Assembly: GCA_965277285.1 (NCBI GenBank)
Contig: OZ255721.1
Location: forward strand, 1,312,001 to 1,376,000
Reading direction: 5' to 3'
DNA from: Abditibacteriaceae bacterium
Lineage (GTDB): Bacteria > Armatimonadota > Abditibacteriia > Abditibacteriales > Abditibacteriaceae
Length of the DNA: 64,000 nt
The stretch's first letter is position 1; each line of letters starts with the position of its first letter. Shown here piece by piece: positions 19,747 through 29,764 of this stretch. Made by a program: the position numbers and the translations under genes. The notes under the pieces are model-generated. The model was given only the letters and a program-made list of their open reading frames with translations, did not search any database and was not told where the DNA came from.

Positions 19747-21369
19747 TTAAAGGCCGACAGCGCGAATTTCTTCTTGTTCGGCGGCCTCGGGATCGGGTGA
19801 GGAATCGATGGCGCCGACGTAGAACTTGACATCGCGGCGATGCGCGGCGGGATAACGTTCGTAAATGCGGCGGAACTTGGCGACGTCCAAAGATTCGCCA
19901 GCGCGCTCGCCTTCTTCCATCGTGGCATCGATCATGGTGAACAGGTTGCGCGGGTCGCAAGCACGGATCAAGCGCTCGTCGTCTTTGTACCATTTCACCA
20001 GCAAATCGAACAATTCCGTGGCGCGACGCTCGGGACAGCCGACTTTGAGAGCTTCATTGCGAAAAATGTTGCCCCACAATGGTGTCAAAGGTCGGTCAAC
20101 CAAAATCTGGTACAGCAAGCGGCGCTTGAACGCGTCGTCAATTAATTCTTCGTGGTTGAGGTTGGTCGAAAGAAACAAGCGCTGCAAAAACGGCGCGCGA
20201 ATCGTCGAGCCGCCCGCGAAACGAATAATGCTTTCGCGCTGTTCCAAAGGATAAATGAACTGGTTGAGAATCATATTGTGATCCTCCGCTTGGCGCCCCA
20301 AGTCATCGAAAATGAAGATGCCGTTGTTCGCCTTGACGTGTGGCGGCGCCGTGTATTGCCCGTCAAAAGAAATCTCGAAGTGCGCGACCTTGAATTCGGT
20401 TCCGACCGTCACCAAAGGCGGCGCCGAGATGAGCCATCGTCGATCCGGCTTATCGTTGGTGCTTAGATTGGCGGCGCGACTCGCTTCTTCCATGCTCATC
20501 AAGTCGTCGCGCACTTTATGATACGCGGGATCGTACAACTGCACCACTTTGGAGTTGAACTCAAACGCATACGGCAACACGACAGGATCGCGCAGCAGGC
20601 GATGCAAGTTGTCGGTAATCAGCGATTTGCCATTGCCAGGCGGCCCGTAAAACAACATCACGCGCTGCGAGTTAAAGCCTTCGCGCAACAATCGCAGCAA
20701 TTCGGGACGCATCGGGTAAGCGGAGAACACGTCCTGGACATCGGCCAGCGAAGCGCGACGTTCGCGGCGCGCCTGCTGCTGCACCATCGAGCAATACGCG
20801 GTGAACGAGACCGGCGCCGGCCCGATATAAGCATCATCGCGTTCGATGAGCGAAGTCAGTTCACGGCCTTTGGTCGTCAGATCATAATGCAGCGGCATCG
20901 GCGTGTCGAGCAGTTCGCGCTGGTGCAACGAGTGCATTACTTCCCGAAAAACCGTCATCGCCAGACGCAAATGTTCGGAGAGTTGCTCTTCGGTCAACGA
21001 GCCTTCCTGCTTGATCGTTTTAAGAATTAAGCCTTCGATTACGCGATAGGAAACGCCCGATTCCTTGAGCGTCTTTGGTTGCTCGGGGCGAAACAAACCG
21101 TTGTTGCCCGCAGTTAAACGGTCGAGCAAAACGGCATTGGTCGAACGATGATCGACATGACGTTGTTGTGGCGCCAGACCGCCGTGCAGCGTCGGCAGAC
21201 GGTCGTCACCTTGCGGCGAGGTACCGCCATTCGCTTGTTCCCGAATGCGACGAATGCGCTCTTGAACCTCGTCGAGTTCTTCGTCTTCTTCCTCGCCTTC
21301 AACTTCTTCGCCAGGACGCCGCGCCTTAAACTGTTCGAGAGCGGACCGCGCCGCAGGACTCAATGCCAT
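19747..21369 (-). CDS. AAA+ family ATPase of unknown function
   Basis: Walker A GPPGNGKS, Walker B IFIFDD (ANNGIFIFDDLGRQ), STNL and DDAFKRR (arginine finger). Confidence 0.85.
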   Translation of the reverse strand: MALSPAARSALEQFKARRPGEEVEGEEEDEELDEVQERIRRIREQANGGTSPQGDDRLPTLHGGLAPQQRHVDHRSTNAVLLDRLTAGNNGLFRPEQPKTLKESGVSYRVIEGLILKTIKQEGSLTEEQLSEHLRLAMTVFREVMHSLHQRELLDTPMPLHYDLTTKGRELTSLIERDDAYIGPAPVSFTAYCSMVQQQARRERRASLADVQDVFSAYPMRPELLRLLREGFNSQRVMLFYGPPGNGKSLITDNLHRLLRDPVVLPYAFEFNSKVVQLYDPAYHKVRDDLMSMEEASRAANLSTNDKPDRRWLISAPPLVTVGTEFKVAHFEISFDGQYTAPPHVKANNGIFIFDDLGRQAEDHNMILNQFIYPLEQRESIIRFAGGSTIRAPFLQRLFLSTNLNHEELIDDAFKRRLLYQILVDRPLTPLWGNIFRNEALKVGCPERRATELFDLLVKWYKDDERLIRACDPRNLFTMIDATMEEGERAGESLDVAKFRRIYERYPAAHRRDVKFYVGAIDSSPDPEAAEQEEIRAVGL

Positions 21370-21515
21370 GACCTTTCCTCCAACCCTTCGCTTTCTTTTC
21401 TATTCCTCATTTTACAGCGTTTTCGCTAAAACCGCGATTTTGAAGCTTACAGAAGGCACTTTCGAGTACTCGATTGGCCAATACACGATTTCACGCCGTG
21501 ATAAACTGGCGCGTC

Positions 21516-22754
21516 ATGCGTTTGAAGTCAACTTTCTGGGTAATCTGTTGCGCACTGCTTTGTCTGACGACATTGAGCGCGATTCGCGGCGTTCGAGCGG
21601 ACAGCGGCGTTTCGCCCGCGATGTCGCTCGAAGCACACATGGAAAAAATTGAGATCGCGCGCTTGCGGTTACACAACGTCGCCAATGGCGAAATCGAAGG
21701 TTCGCGCGACGGCGGCCAAACCTGGCAACTGCTCGGCCACATTTTGCAGGCGACCAAGCAAGTCAACCGGCGCGCTTTCACCGCCTCGAAATACGCGCAA
21801 ATCGGAACCGTTTGCGCCACAGCGGTCAACGCGATTCATCTCAAAGCCGGACAAAATACCAGCGAAAATCGCGGCGTCATTTGGAGTTTGGCGCCGCAAG
21901 CCGACAGCGCCGCCGGTCGCGTTAGTTTGCAAAGCGAAGTCGCGCCCGGCGCCTTTGCGCAAACCGATATTCCGGGCGGCAGCGGCATTTTCGGTGGCCC
22001 TTTCACGCCGTTCGTCGGCAACCCGATTTTTCTCGACAACGCTCGCAACAACACGCTTGTCTCGCTGCCTAACAATTACATTCCAAAAATCGGCGATTCG
22101 TGGACAATTTTGATTCAGCGACCACGCCATTATCCGCGCGAAATTGTTTTCGAGAACCGCTTTGGCGGACAAATCACGGTTCAATATCGCGGCGAAGAAC
22201 CGCGCGTTATCGGTCAGGTTTTGAAACCTGTGGTCGGAATCGGTCGCTTTGTCGGCTCGTATTTTTCCGAAGTCGGGCGATTGCGCGCCAACCACAACGG
22301 CGTCATTGATGTTTGCACCAGTCCGCGAGGTTTGGTCGGTTCGTTCCAAATCGTGCCCGCGCGACACGCCAACGAACCGGAACTGTCTTATATTCAAACT
22401 TCGACGCAATGGATGGTGGTTGGGCCGGTTTCGGTTCTCGACCCAACGCCCGAAGGTGTCGCGCCGTTGTTTTCCTCTTATTTGCGCCCACGCTTCGACC
22501 GCGCCGATTTGGACAATCCCGATCCCATCGAAGGCCTGGCCGGACGTTTTCTCTTTGAAGTGAAATTGCGCGATGCCAAAGGCCAGATTTCCGATTGGCA
22601 ACCGATGCCAACCTTTTGGCTGCGTCCAAACGAACCGCTGCCCAATTGGGCGAAAACCTGTTTGTCGAACATGACAGCGCTGCGTATTCGCTTTCCCTTT
22701 ACATTTGACGACACAACGGATCGAGTACTCGATGTGGCCAAAGATGCTTCGTAG
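21516..22754 (+). CDS. Hypothetical exported protein with an internal sequence duplication
   Basis: Signal-peptide-like N-terminus. Two related segments: N..NGEI...LGHILQ...NAIH and NRFGGQI...IGQVLK...NHNGVIDV. Confidence 0.7.
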   Translation: MRLKSTFWVICCALLCLTTLSAIRGVRADSGVSPAMSLEAHMEKIEIARLRLHNVANGEIEGSRDGGQTWQLLGHILQATKQVNRRAFTASKYAQIGTVCATAVNAIHLKAGQNTSENRGVIWSLAPQADSAAGRVSLQSEVAPGAFAQTDIPGGSGIFGGPFTPFVGNPIFLDNARNNTLVSLPNNYIPKIGDSWTILIQRPRHYPREIVFENRFGGQITVQYRGEEPRVIGQVLKPVVGIGRFVGSYFSEVGRLRANHNGVIDVCTSPRGLVGSFQIVPARHANEPELSYIQTSTQWMVVGPVSVLDPTPEGVAPLFSSYLRPRFDRADLDNPDPIEGLAGRFLFEVKLRDAKGQISDWQPMPTFWLRPNEPLPNWAKTCLSNMTALRIRFPFTFDDTTDRVLDVAKDAS

Positions 22755-22827
22755 GGGCGTCAGCTCGCTGCGCCTGTTTTGCTCAATCGAGTACTCGAAC
22801 GCGGACGCAGCGAGCTGACGCCCCTAC
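22751..22827. repeat. GTAG-type REP doublet (REPIN-like) with the 12-bp palindrome in its spacer
   Basis: GTAGGGGCGTCAGCTCGCTGCG ... CGCAGCGAGCTGACGCCCCTAC. Confidence 0.85.
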
Positions 22828-22847
22828 AAATGCTGTAATGGATCAAT

Positions 22848-23558
22848 ATGAACCAACTTTTTCAACAACTCAAAACCAACGCCTTCACGCTGCTGATTTC
22901 GCTTCCGGCAAACGATTTGGACATGGCGCGAGCCGCATTGAATGGCGGTGCGCACGGCTTAAAAGTTCATGTCAACGTCGAACATTTCGCATCGGGAACC
23001 AGATTTGGTTCGTGGTCGCAAGAGCGCGACAAGATCGCCCAAATCTGCGCCCTGGCACGCGAACATGGCGCGTCGGTCGGCATTGTTCCAGGCGCGAGCG
23101 TTGGCCAGGAACAGCGTTTCGCCAGCGAAGACGAGTTTGCAGAGATGGCGCAAATCGGGCTGGATTACTTCGACGCGTATCCCGCTGATGCGCCCGCCTG
23201 GACGCTGAACCAAAAACATCTCGATGTGATGCTGGCGGCGTATCACGGCGGAAAGTGGGACGAACTTCAAGTCCTGGAAACGCTGGGAATGCGCTTGTGC
23301 GAAGCCTCGCTGATGCCACACGAAGATTACGGAACAGTCTTATCGGCGCGCGACCTGGCGACGTATCGCGCTCTTTGCGACGCGATTAAGACGCCCGTCA
23401 TTATTCCCTCGCAAAAAGCGCTGGTACCGCGCGATATTCTTTTGCTTCAACAAACCGGCGCGCGTGGCGTTCTCATCGGCGCCATTGTTTGCGGACGCGA
23501 AGTCTCTTCAATTGAAGCTGCTACGCGCACTTTTGCCCAAGAAATCAACCACGGATGA
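22848..23558 (+). CDS. Hypothetical TIM-barrel-like protein
   Basis: LLISLPAND, GGAHGLKVHVNVEH, and a C-terminal GVLIGAIV motif resembling a phosphate-binding site. Confidence 0.65.
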   Translation: MNQLFQQLKTNAFTLLISLPANDLDMARAALNGGAHGLKVHVNVEHFASGTRFGSWSQERDKIAQICALAREHGASVGIVPGASVGQEQRFASEDEFAEMAQIGLDYFDAYPADAPAWTLNQKHLDVMLAAYHGGKWDELQVLETLGMRLCEASLMPHEDYGTVLSARDLATYRALCDAIKTPVIIPSQKALVPRDILLLQQTGARGVLIGAIVCGREVSSIEAATRTFAQEINHG

Positions 23559-23641
23559 ACGCAGATGGACACGGATAAAAGAGGTTAGCGCGAACTCTAT
23601 TCTTCACTCTCATCTGTGTTTATCCGTGTTCATCTGTGGTT
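23547..23641. repeat. Inverted repeat built from about 10-bp sub-repeats
   Basis: AACCACGGATGAACGCAGATGGACACGGAT ... ATCTGTGTTTATCCGTGTTCATCTGTGGTT. It contains the upstream gene's TGA stop. Confidence 0.75.
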
Positions 23642-23649
23642 CAAAAACT

Positions 23650-24579
23650 ATGAACGAAATCACTATTCGCGTTCCCGCGACCTCGGCCAATCTCGGCCCC
23701 GGCTTCGATACGCTCGGTTTGGCGCTGAGCCTTTATAATACGGTTACGATTCGCGCCGCCGACAATCGAGTACTCGAACGCGTGCGCATCACGGGCGAAG
23801 GCGCTGGAGTTTTAGCAACTGACGAAAGCAACATTGCGTATTCCAGCGCGCAAATGCTGTTTACTTTTTTAGGTGTTAATTGCAGCTTCGCGCTGGAAAT
23901 GCACAACGAAATTCCGCTGTCACGGGGCTTGGGAAGCAGCGCAGCGGCGCGTGTCGGCGGACTTGTCGCGGCCAATGAATGGGCAAAAACGCATGGCGAA
24001 AAAACTGCATCGCGCAACGAACTTTTGACTTTAGCCGCCGAATTGGAAGGTCATCCCGATAATTCGTCGGCGTGCTTAATGGGTGGTTTCATCGTGTCGG
24101 CGCAAGGTGACGAACGTGTCTTTACCGTGCGTCCGCCCGTCGAGAAATGGCCGCGCTTTGCCGTCTGGATTCCTGATGAACCACTTCCCACCAAAGAAGC
24201 GCGCGCCGTGGTGCCGCAAACTCTTTCGCGCGAAGACGCGGTTTTCAACATTTCGCGCGCCGCGCTTTTGGTGGCTGCGCTTTCAATCGACGACGAAGAC
24301 GCTTTGCGCGAAGCCTTGCACGATAAAATCCACCAAACGCAACGTGCGCCCTTGATTCGCGGTTATCACGAAATCACACAAACCGCGATTGAAAACGGAG
24401 CCTTTGGCGCGACACTTTCCGGCGCTGGCAGCACAATTTTATTGTGGTCGCCATATAAATCGAGTACTGGAAATGCCATCGAAAAAACGGTTTTGCAATT
24501 GACGAGAGAAAACGGTTTCAGCGGTCGCTTTTTGTGGCTCGAAGTTGATGGCTTGGGCGCCCACGTTCTCGCATCGTGA
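23650..24579 (+). CDS. thrB: Homoserine kinase
   Basis: VPATSANLGPGFDTLGLAL, IPLSRGLGSSAAA, EGHPDN, LSGAGST. Confidence 0.95.
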   Translation: MNEITIRVPATSANLGPGFDTLGLALSLYNTVTIRAADNRVLERVRITGEGAGVLATDESNIAYSSAQMLFTFLGVNCSFALEMHNEIPLSRGLGSSAAARVGGLVAANEWAKTHGEKTASRNELLTLAAELEGHPDNSSACLMGGFIVSAQGDERVFTVRPPVEKWPRFAVWIPDEPLPTKEARAVVPQTLSREDAVFNISRAALLVAALSIDDEDALREALHDKIHQTQRAPLIRGYHEITQTAIENGAFGATLSGAGSTILLWSPYKSSTGNAIEKTVLQLTRENGFSGRFLWLEVDGLGAHVLAS

Positions 24580-24594
24580 AATGATGGCAGCGCC

Positions 24595-25134
24595 TTATAA
24601 ACATTCAACGGCGCGCTGATACATCGCTTCATCGACGCCCAAACGTTCGAGCCAACTATTGAAATAACATAGCGTTCGCTCGCAGGTACGGCGATAGCTG
24701 GGGCGCTGGTTGGCATCGAACATATAAAGCAAAAAGTCTTTTTTGTTCTGGATTTTGTCTGCCGCCAGCATTTGATGCACGCGACTCAAGGTTCCAATTT
24801 CAATTTCCTGAGAGCTTTTGACCGGATTGGTCAGAGTGTAAAGATTCGCCACGCGACGATATTCCATCGCCAGAAGAATGGCGCGCGGCGTGATCTGCGA
24901 CAAGGTTTGATCGCCCAGTTCCTGCAAAGCGCGATTGTTTTGAAACAAAGGATGCAGGCAAAACGCTTCGATTGTGATGTCATCAGCGGCAAACACACGA
25001 TGTAGAATCGTCGCGCCTTCGCGGATGTGATTGATATAAGGAACGCCGCTACGTCGCGCGATCTTGCCGCGATAAGCGCGCTCGATAATGCCATAAAACG
25101 GCTGGTTTTCCAGCGTCACAAGAAAATCGGACAT
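24595..25134 (-). CDS. Hypothetical protein resembling a degenerate HD-domain (RelA/SpoT hydrolase-like)
   Basis: RRSGVPYINH...IL, AFCLHP (HD replaced by HP), MLAADKIQN..D. Confidence 0.65.
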   Translation of the reverse strand: MSDFLVTLENQPFYGIIERAYRGKIARRSGVPYINHIREGATILHRVFAADDITIEAFCLHPLFQNNRALQELGDQTLSQITPRAILLAMEYRRVANLYTLTNPVKSSQEIEIGTLSRVHQMLAADKIQNKKDFLLYMFDANQRPSYRRTCERTLCYFNSWLERLGVDEAMYQRAVECL

Positions 25135-25288
25135 AAAACAGAAGAGCGTCGTTCCGCCATCGAATCGAGTACTCGATGAAGCGTCTTCAATGAAGAATAC
25201 TCTTTGCACAACGCGACAGCACGCTGAATGGGTTTATGTTGACGATAAGGGAATCTAAGATGTCTGTGAGCGATCTGGGTGGCTTGGT

Positions 25289-25600
25289 TCAACTCCAAAC
25301 GAAATAGTTGAAGGGAATGCCCTGCTCTTCCATCCATTGTTTGGCTTCGGGGAAGTCGGGAAATTTGTCTTTCAAGAGCAGCAGCAACACGCTGTCTTTG
25401 AAGCGTTCTGCAATGGTTATCGAGTACTCGTAATCGTGCCCGAAATTGTCTTGAGGCAGTTTGCCCCAATCCAAACCGCTGACCACCAACTCGCTTTTGT
25501 CATTAATCACGGCGCCAACGCTACGCCCCACATTATGCGTTTCGGGACTGATGAAACTGACGCTTTGGATCGGCTCAAATTCTGTGTTGTCCATTTTCAT
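25289..25600 (-). CDS. Hypothetical protein
   Basis: GGAGG RBS before ATG 25600; lies directly downstream of hemB. Confidence 0.6.
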   Translation of the reverse strand: MKMDNTEFEPIQSVSFISPETHNVGRSVGAVINDKSELVVSGLDWGKLPQDNFGHDYEYSITIAERFKDSVLLLLLKDKFPDFPEAKQWMEEQGIPFNYFVWS

Positions 25601-25639
25601 AACCTCCAATTGGAAGTACATCGCCGGACATTTTTGGCA

Positions 25640-26623
25640 TTAATCACCGCGCTGAAATTGTTGCGCCCACTCTTTCGCGTGATAAGTGATGATCAAATCG
25701 GCACCGGCGCGCTTGATCGACAAAAGCGTTTCGCCAATCAATTGCTCTTCGTTGATCCAGCCACGTTCGCCCGCCGCTTTAATCATGGAATATTCGCTGG
25801 ATACGTTATAAGCGCAAATCGGCAGGTCGCAACGGTCGCGCGTTTCGCGGATGATGTCTAAGCAAAACAGCGCCGGTTTGATGAGGATGATATCGGCGCC
25901 TTCTTCGATGTCGGCTTGAACTTCGCGCTGCACTTCGCGGCGATTGGCGATGTCCATTTGATAACTGCGGCGGTCGCCAAAGCTGGGCGTGTTGTCCGCC
26001 GCATCACGGAACGGGCCGTAAAACGCACCGGCAAACTTCGCGGCATAACTCATAATCGGCAGATTCGAGTACTCGTTATCGTCCAGAACACGGCGAATAT
26101 GCGCCACGCGACCATCCATCATATCAGACGGCGCGATGATGTCGGCTCCAGCTTGGGCGTAACACAACGACGCTTTGCCCAATAATTGCAACGTCTGGTC
26201 GTTATGAACTTCGCCGTTGTGAATGATGCCGCAATGCGCGTGATCGGTGTATTCGCAAGCGCAAACATCGGCGACCACGCACATTTGCGGCACTGCTTTT
26301 TTGATGGCGCGAATCGTGTTTGCAACTGGCCCGTTTGCGTCGTAAGCCGCCGAACCGTGCGCGTTTTTCTCTTCGTTGGCAGGAATGCCAAACAAAATCA
26401 CCGACAAAACGCCCAACTTCCACAATTCCGTCGCTTCTTGCGCGGCGGTATCGGGCGACCAGCGAAATTGTCCCGGCATCGAAGCAATTGGCGCACGAAC
26501 GTCCTGCCCGTTTTCAATAAATAATCCGGCGATCAAGTCCGACGGATGCAGTTCGGTTTCGCGTGTCATGCAGCGCAAGGTTGGCGTGGCGCGCAAACGG
26601 CGCAATCGTTGAGTGGGAAACAT
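25640..26623 (-). CDS. hemB: Porphobilinogen synthase (ALA dehydratase), Zn-type
   Basis: DVCACEYTDHAHCG, APSDMMDGRV, FYGPFRDAA, DRRSYQMD, IKPA, KRAGAD. Confidence 0.97.
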   Translation of the reverse strand: MFPTQRLRRLRATPTLRCMTRETELHPSDLIAGLFIENGQDVRAPIASMPGQFRWSPDTAAQEATELWKLGVLSVILFGIPANEEKNAHGSAAYDANGPVANTIRAIKKAVPQMCVVADVCACEYTDHAHCGIIHNGEVHNDQTLQLLGKASLCYAQAGADIIAPSDMMDGRVAHIRRVLDDNEYSNLPIMSYAAKFAGAFYGPFRDAADNTPSFGDRRSYQMDIANRREVQREVQADIEEGADIILIKPALFCLDIIRETRDRCDLPICAYNVSSEYSMIKAAGERGWINEEQLIGETLLSIKRAGADLIITYHAKEWAQQFQRGD

Positions 26624-26631
26624 AAGAAATT

Positions 26632-26718
26632 AACGAACCCTGAGCGTAAGCGACGGGTGAAAAGTATCAGTTTGTGTGGCTTATACCTTTCACCCGTCGC
26701 TTACGCTCAGGGTTCGTT
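26632..26718. repeat. Family-B REP-like palindrome overlapping the MOSC stop codon
   Basis: AACGAACCCTGAGCGTAAGCGACGGGTGAAA / TTTCACCCGTCGCTTACGCTCAGGGTTCGTT. Confidence 0.9.
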
Positions 26719-27174
26719 GATGATCGAAACTGCATCGCCGACATGAAGTTCGCCGCTTTCGAGTACTCGAACATAAACGCGGCTCAGACCTGGCACTTTT
26801 TTGTGATGCACGCGCATGAAATTATCGTTCAGAAAAGAGGCTTTGATATTTTTGCACGGCGTTGTATAGCTCGTCACTTCCACCGCGATTTCGCCGATTT
26901 GCAGGCGAACACCAGGAACAATTTCATTCCATTTCAAGCCTGTAATGAGCACGTTTTCGCCGGTTGTTCCCGGCGCAATCGGATGACCTTCAGCTTGCAA
27001 TTGCTGAATCACTTCGAGCGAATACAAACACAAAGCGCGCTGGGTTCCGCCGTGATATTTCAAGTTGCGCTGTCGGTCGCCTTCGATTCCGGTTGCGGAA
27101 ACAACGCCGCGTTCAATCGGCAATTTCGGCACGCCACCGTTTGAAACGAAAAGTCCAACGATTTTTGATGTCAT
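26707..27174 (-). CDS. MOSC domain protein (YiiM-like)
   Basis: SNGGVPK, GDRQ...HGG..RALC, GENV, PCK, Y.RVL..G....GD. Confidence 0.88.
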   Translation of the reverse strand: MTSKIVGLFVSNGGVPKLPIERGVVSATGIEGDRQRNLKYHGGTQRALCLYSLEVIQQLQAEGHPIAPGTTGENVLITGLKWNEIVPGVRLQIGEIAVEVTSYTTPCKNIKASFLNDNFMRVHHKKVPGLSRVYVRVLESGELHVGDAVSIINEP

Positions 27175-27189
27175 AATCTTGATGGAAAA

Positions 27190-27269
27190 AACCCTGAGCG
27201 TCAGCGACGGGTGAAAAGTAGAAGCCACGTAATATAGAGAGTTCTCACCCGTCGCTGACGCTCAGGGTT
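27190..27269. repeat. Family-B REP-like palindrome overlapping the cobA-hemD stop codon
   Basis: AACCCTGAGCGTCAGCGACGGGTGA / TCACCCGTCGCTGACGCTCAGGGTT. Confidence 0.9.
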
Positions 27270-28788
27270 CTTTACCGGAGGTTGCACAAATCGCTTGCGC
27301 CAACGATTGGACATCGGCACTCGGCGCGACGACATCGGGAATCAAGCCGTTTTCGCGCGCTGTTGTTTCAGTAATCGGGCCGATAACGGCGACGCGGAAG
27401 CTGTTTCGAGTACTCGATAACACATCGGCGCCAATCGCTTCGACAAAGTTTTTCACAGTCGAAGAACTGGTGAAAGAAACCCAATCGACTTCGCCGCTAC
27501 GCAACATTTCACGCACGGTTTCAGCATTCGAGTTATCGGAAACGGTGCGATAAACCGGCGCAACGTCAACAATTGCACCCGCTTCGCGCAGTTGAACTTC
27601 CAATACTTCGCGGCCTTCCTGCGCGCGCACAATCAAAATATTTTTGTCTTTAACACCAAGTTCGACAAGCCCGCGCGCCACGTCTTCAGAAATCGAACTT
27701 TGCGGTAGAAAGTCAGGAACGATGCCGCGCTTTTGCAACGCTTCTGAAGTCGCTGGCCCAATTGCCGCGACTTTCGCATTCGCAAAAACGCGCGAATCTT
27801 TGCCGTTTTTCCGCAAACGCTCCCAGAACTTTGCAACGCCGTTTATCGACGTAAAAACAATCCACTCGAAGTTTGATAATCGTTCAAGCAATTTATCTAC
27901 AATTGAATGCTCGTCCAAATCTTCGACGCGAATCGTCGGACATTGAACGACATTTGCGCCCAAAGTTTCCAGTTCCTCGACCAAATTCGACGCTTGTTCC
28001 CGCGCGCGCGTGACGACAACGGTTTTCCCCCAAAGCGGACGATTATCGAACCATTGCAACTTTTCGCGCAAACCGACAACTTCGCCAACCACAATCAAAG
28101 CGGGCGGCTTCAAACCGCTGCGCGCAACTTCGTCTTCAATCGTGTCGAGCGTTCCCGTCACGACTTGCTGTTGAGCCGTGGTTCCCCAACGCACCAGCGC
28201 GATTCGAGTACTCGATTTGTCGCCGCGTTCTTTGAGTTGCGCGACGATTTTGGGCAAAGCGCGCACGCCCATCAAAAACACAATCGTATCGGCGACCGGA
28301 AGATTTTTCGGCGGCGCATCGTCATCTTTGGTGTGACCTGTGACAACCGCAAAACTGGTTGCGCCTTGCGGAAAGTTTTCGTCGGCGCGCTGGGTGACCG
28401 GAATTCCCGCATACGCCGGAGCCGCAATTGAACTTGTCACGCCAGGCACGATTTCAAATGCGACGCCATTCGCACGACAAAAAAGCGCTTCTTCGCCGCC
28501 GCGCCCGAACACAAACGGATCGCCGCCTTTCAAGCGACAAACGTTTTTTCCGCTTTTCGCGCGATCAACTAACAATTGGTTGATTTCGTCTTGCTGCATT
28601 GCGTGGCGCGTGGCTTCTTTGCCGACAAAGATTTTTTCGGCCTCATCGCGGCATTCGTTCAACAACGCCGCGCCAATCAAGCGATCATAAACTACGACAT
28701 CGGCGCGCCGCAAGATTTCCATGCCGCGCACCGTAAGGAGTTTCGGATCGCCCGGCCCGGCTCCGACAAGATAAACAATTCCGTTCAT
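27262..28788 (-). CDS. cobA/hemD: Fused uroporphyrinogen-III C-methyltransferase / uroporphyrinogen-III synthase
   Basis: VYLVGAGPGDP, RLKGGDPFVFGRGGEE, VPGVTS; then VVTRAREQ, FTSINGV, FTSSSTV. Confidence 0.95.
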   Translation of the reverse strand: MNGIVYLVGAGPGDPKLLTVRGMEILRRADVVVYDRLIGAALLNECRDEAEKIFVGKEATRHAMQQDEINQLLVDRAKSGKNVCRLKGGDPFVFGRGGEEALFCRANGVAFEIVPGVTSSIAAPAYAGIPVTQRADENFPQGATSFAVVTGHTKDDDAPPKNLPVADTIVFLMGVRALPKIVAQLKERGDKSSTRIALVRWGTTAQQQVVTGTLDTIEDEVARSGLKPPALIVVGEVVGLREKLQWFDNRPLWGKTVVVTRAREQASNLVEELETLGANVVQCPTIRVEDLDEHSIVDKLLERLSNFEWIVFTSINGVAKFWERLRKNGKDSRVFANAKVAAIGPATSEALQKRGIVPDFLPQSSISEDVARGLVELGVKDKNILIVRAQEGREVLEVQLREAGAIVDVAPVYRTVSDNSNAETVREMLRSGEVDWVSFTSSSTVKNFVEAIGADVLSSTRNSFRVAVIGPITETTARENGLIPDVVAPSADVQSLAQAICATSGKEP

Positions 28789-28789
28789 G

Positions 28790-29764
28790 TTAAAGGTTCA
28801 ACAGCTTTGCAGCGCCTTGATCCAACAATTTTTGTGCGATATATTCGCCTGTTTGTTCGGCGCCATCACTAAATTGAAAAACTTCAACAACCTCAATTCG
28901 TTGTTTTCCGTCTGGCGAATTAACGCACGCCCAGACGGTCATTCCGTAATCTTTCGCGTGATAATATTCCACCAGAACTCCCAAGGGCGTAGAACAACCC
29001 GCACTGAGAGCACGAACAACAGCACGCTCAACAGAAGTTTCGATACGCGTGGCTTCATCTTCCAACACGTTTAACAATTCGAGTACTCGATTGTCGTTTT
29101 GGCGACACTCAATTGCCAGCGCGCCTTGTCCGGGTGCTGGAACACAATCAAAACAATTTATTAAAACAGTGTTGTAGCTTTGTGCGAGACCTAATCGTCG
29201 CAAACCGGCTTCAGCTAAGACGATGGCATCCAAACCTTCGTCGTGAAGTTTGCGCAACCGCGTATCAATGTTGCCGCGAATGTCCTCAATGATTAAATCA
29301 GGACGATAATACAACAATTGTGCGAGGCGGCGCAAACTGGAAGTTCCTACGCGCGCACCGTGAGGCAAAAACGCAAAACTCGCAAGCTGTTCCTCTGTAA
29401 ATCCTGAAGTATTGTATTTCTCATTGACAACAAATACGTCATCCGCACTTTCGCGTTTGGGAATGCAGCCCAGCGTCAAACCTTCGGGCAAATCGGGCGG
29501 CAAATCTTTCAACGAATGAACTGCGAAATCAATTGTTCCATCGAGCAGCGCGGCTTCAATTTCCAGCGTAAAAACGCCTTTGCCGCCAATTGCTGGTAAC
29601 GAACTCGTCTGATTCTTGTCGCCCGTCGTGCGAATGACGCGTTCTCCAACCGTCAAACCTGCGTGTGCGGCTTCCAGTTCGCGCGCAAATTGTCTTGCTT
29701 GCGCCAGCGCCAAAGGACTGCCGCGCGTTCCCATGACGAGCATTCGAGTACTCGATTGTGTCAT
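28790..29764 (-). CDS. hemC: Hydroxymethylbilane synthase (porphobilinogen deaminase)
   Basis: GTRGSPLALAQ, GKGVFT, AVHSLKDLP, VGTSSLRR, RGNIDTRL, AGCSTP. The ATG overlaps the upstream TGA. Confidence 0.96.
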   Translation of the reverse strand: MTQSSTRMLVMGTRGSPLALAQARQFARELEAAHAGLTVGERVIRTTGDKNQTSSLPAIGGKGVFTLEIEAALLDGTIDFAVHSLKDLPPDLPEGLTLGCIPKRESADDVFVVNEKYNTSGFTEEQLASFAFLPHGARVGTSSLRRLAQLLYYRPDLIIEDIRGNIDTRLRKLHDEGLDAIVLAEAGLRRLGLAQSYNTVLINCFDCVPAPGQGALAIECRQNDNRVLELLNVLEDEATRIETSVERAVVRALSAGCSTPLGVLVEYYHAKDYGMTVWACVNSPDGKQRIEVVEVFQFSDGAEQTGEYIAQKLLDQGAAKLLNL

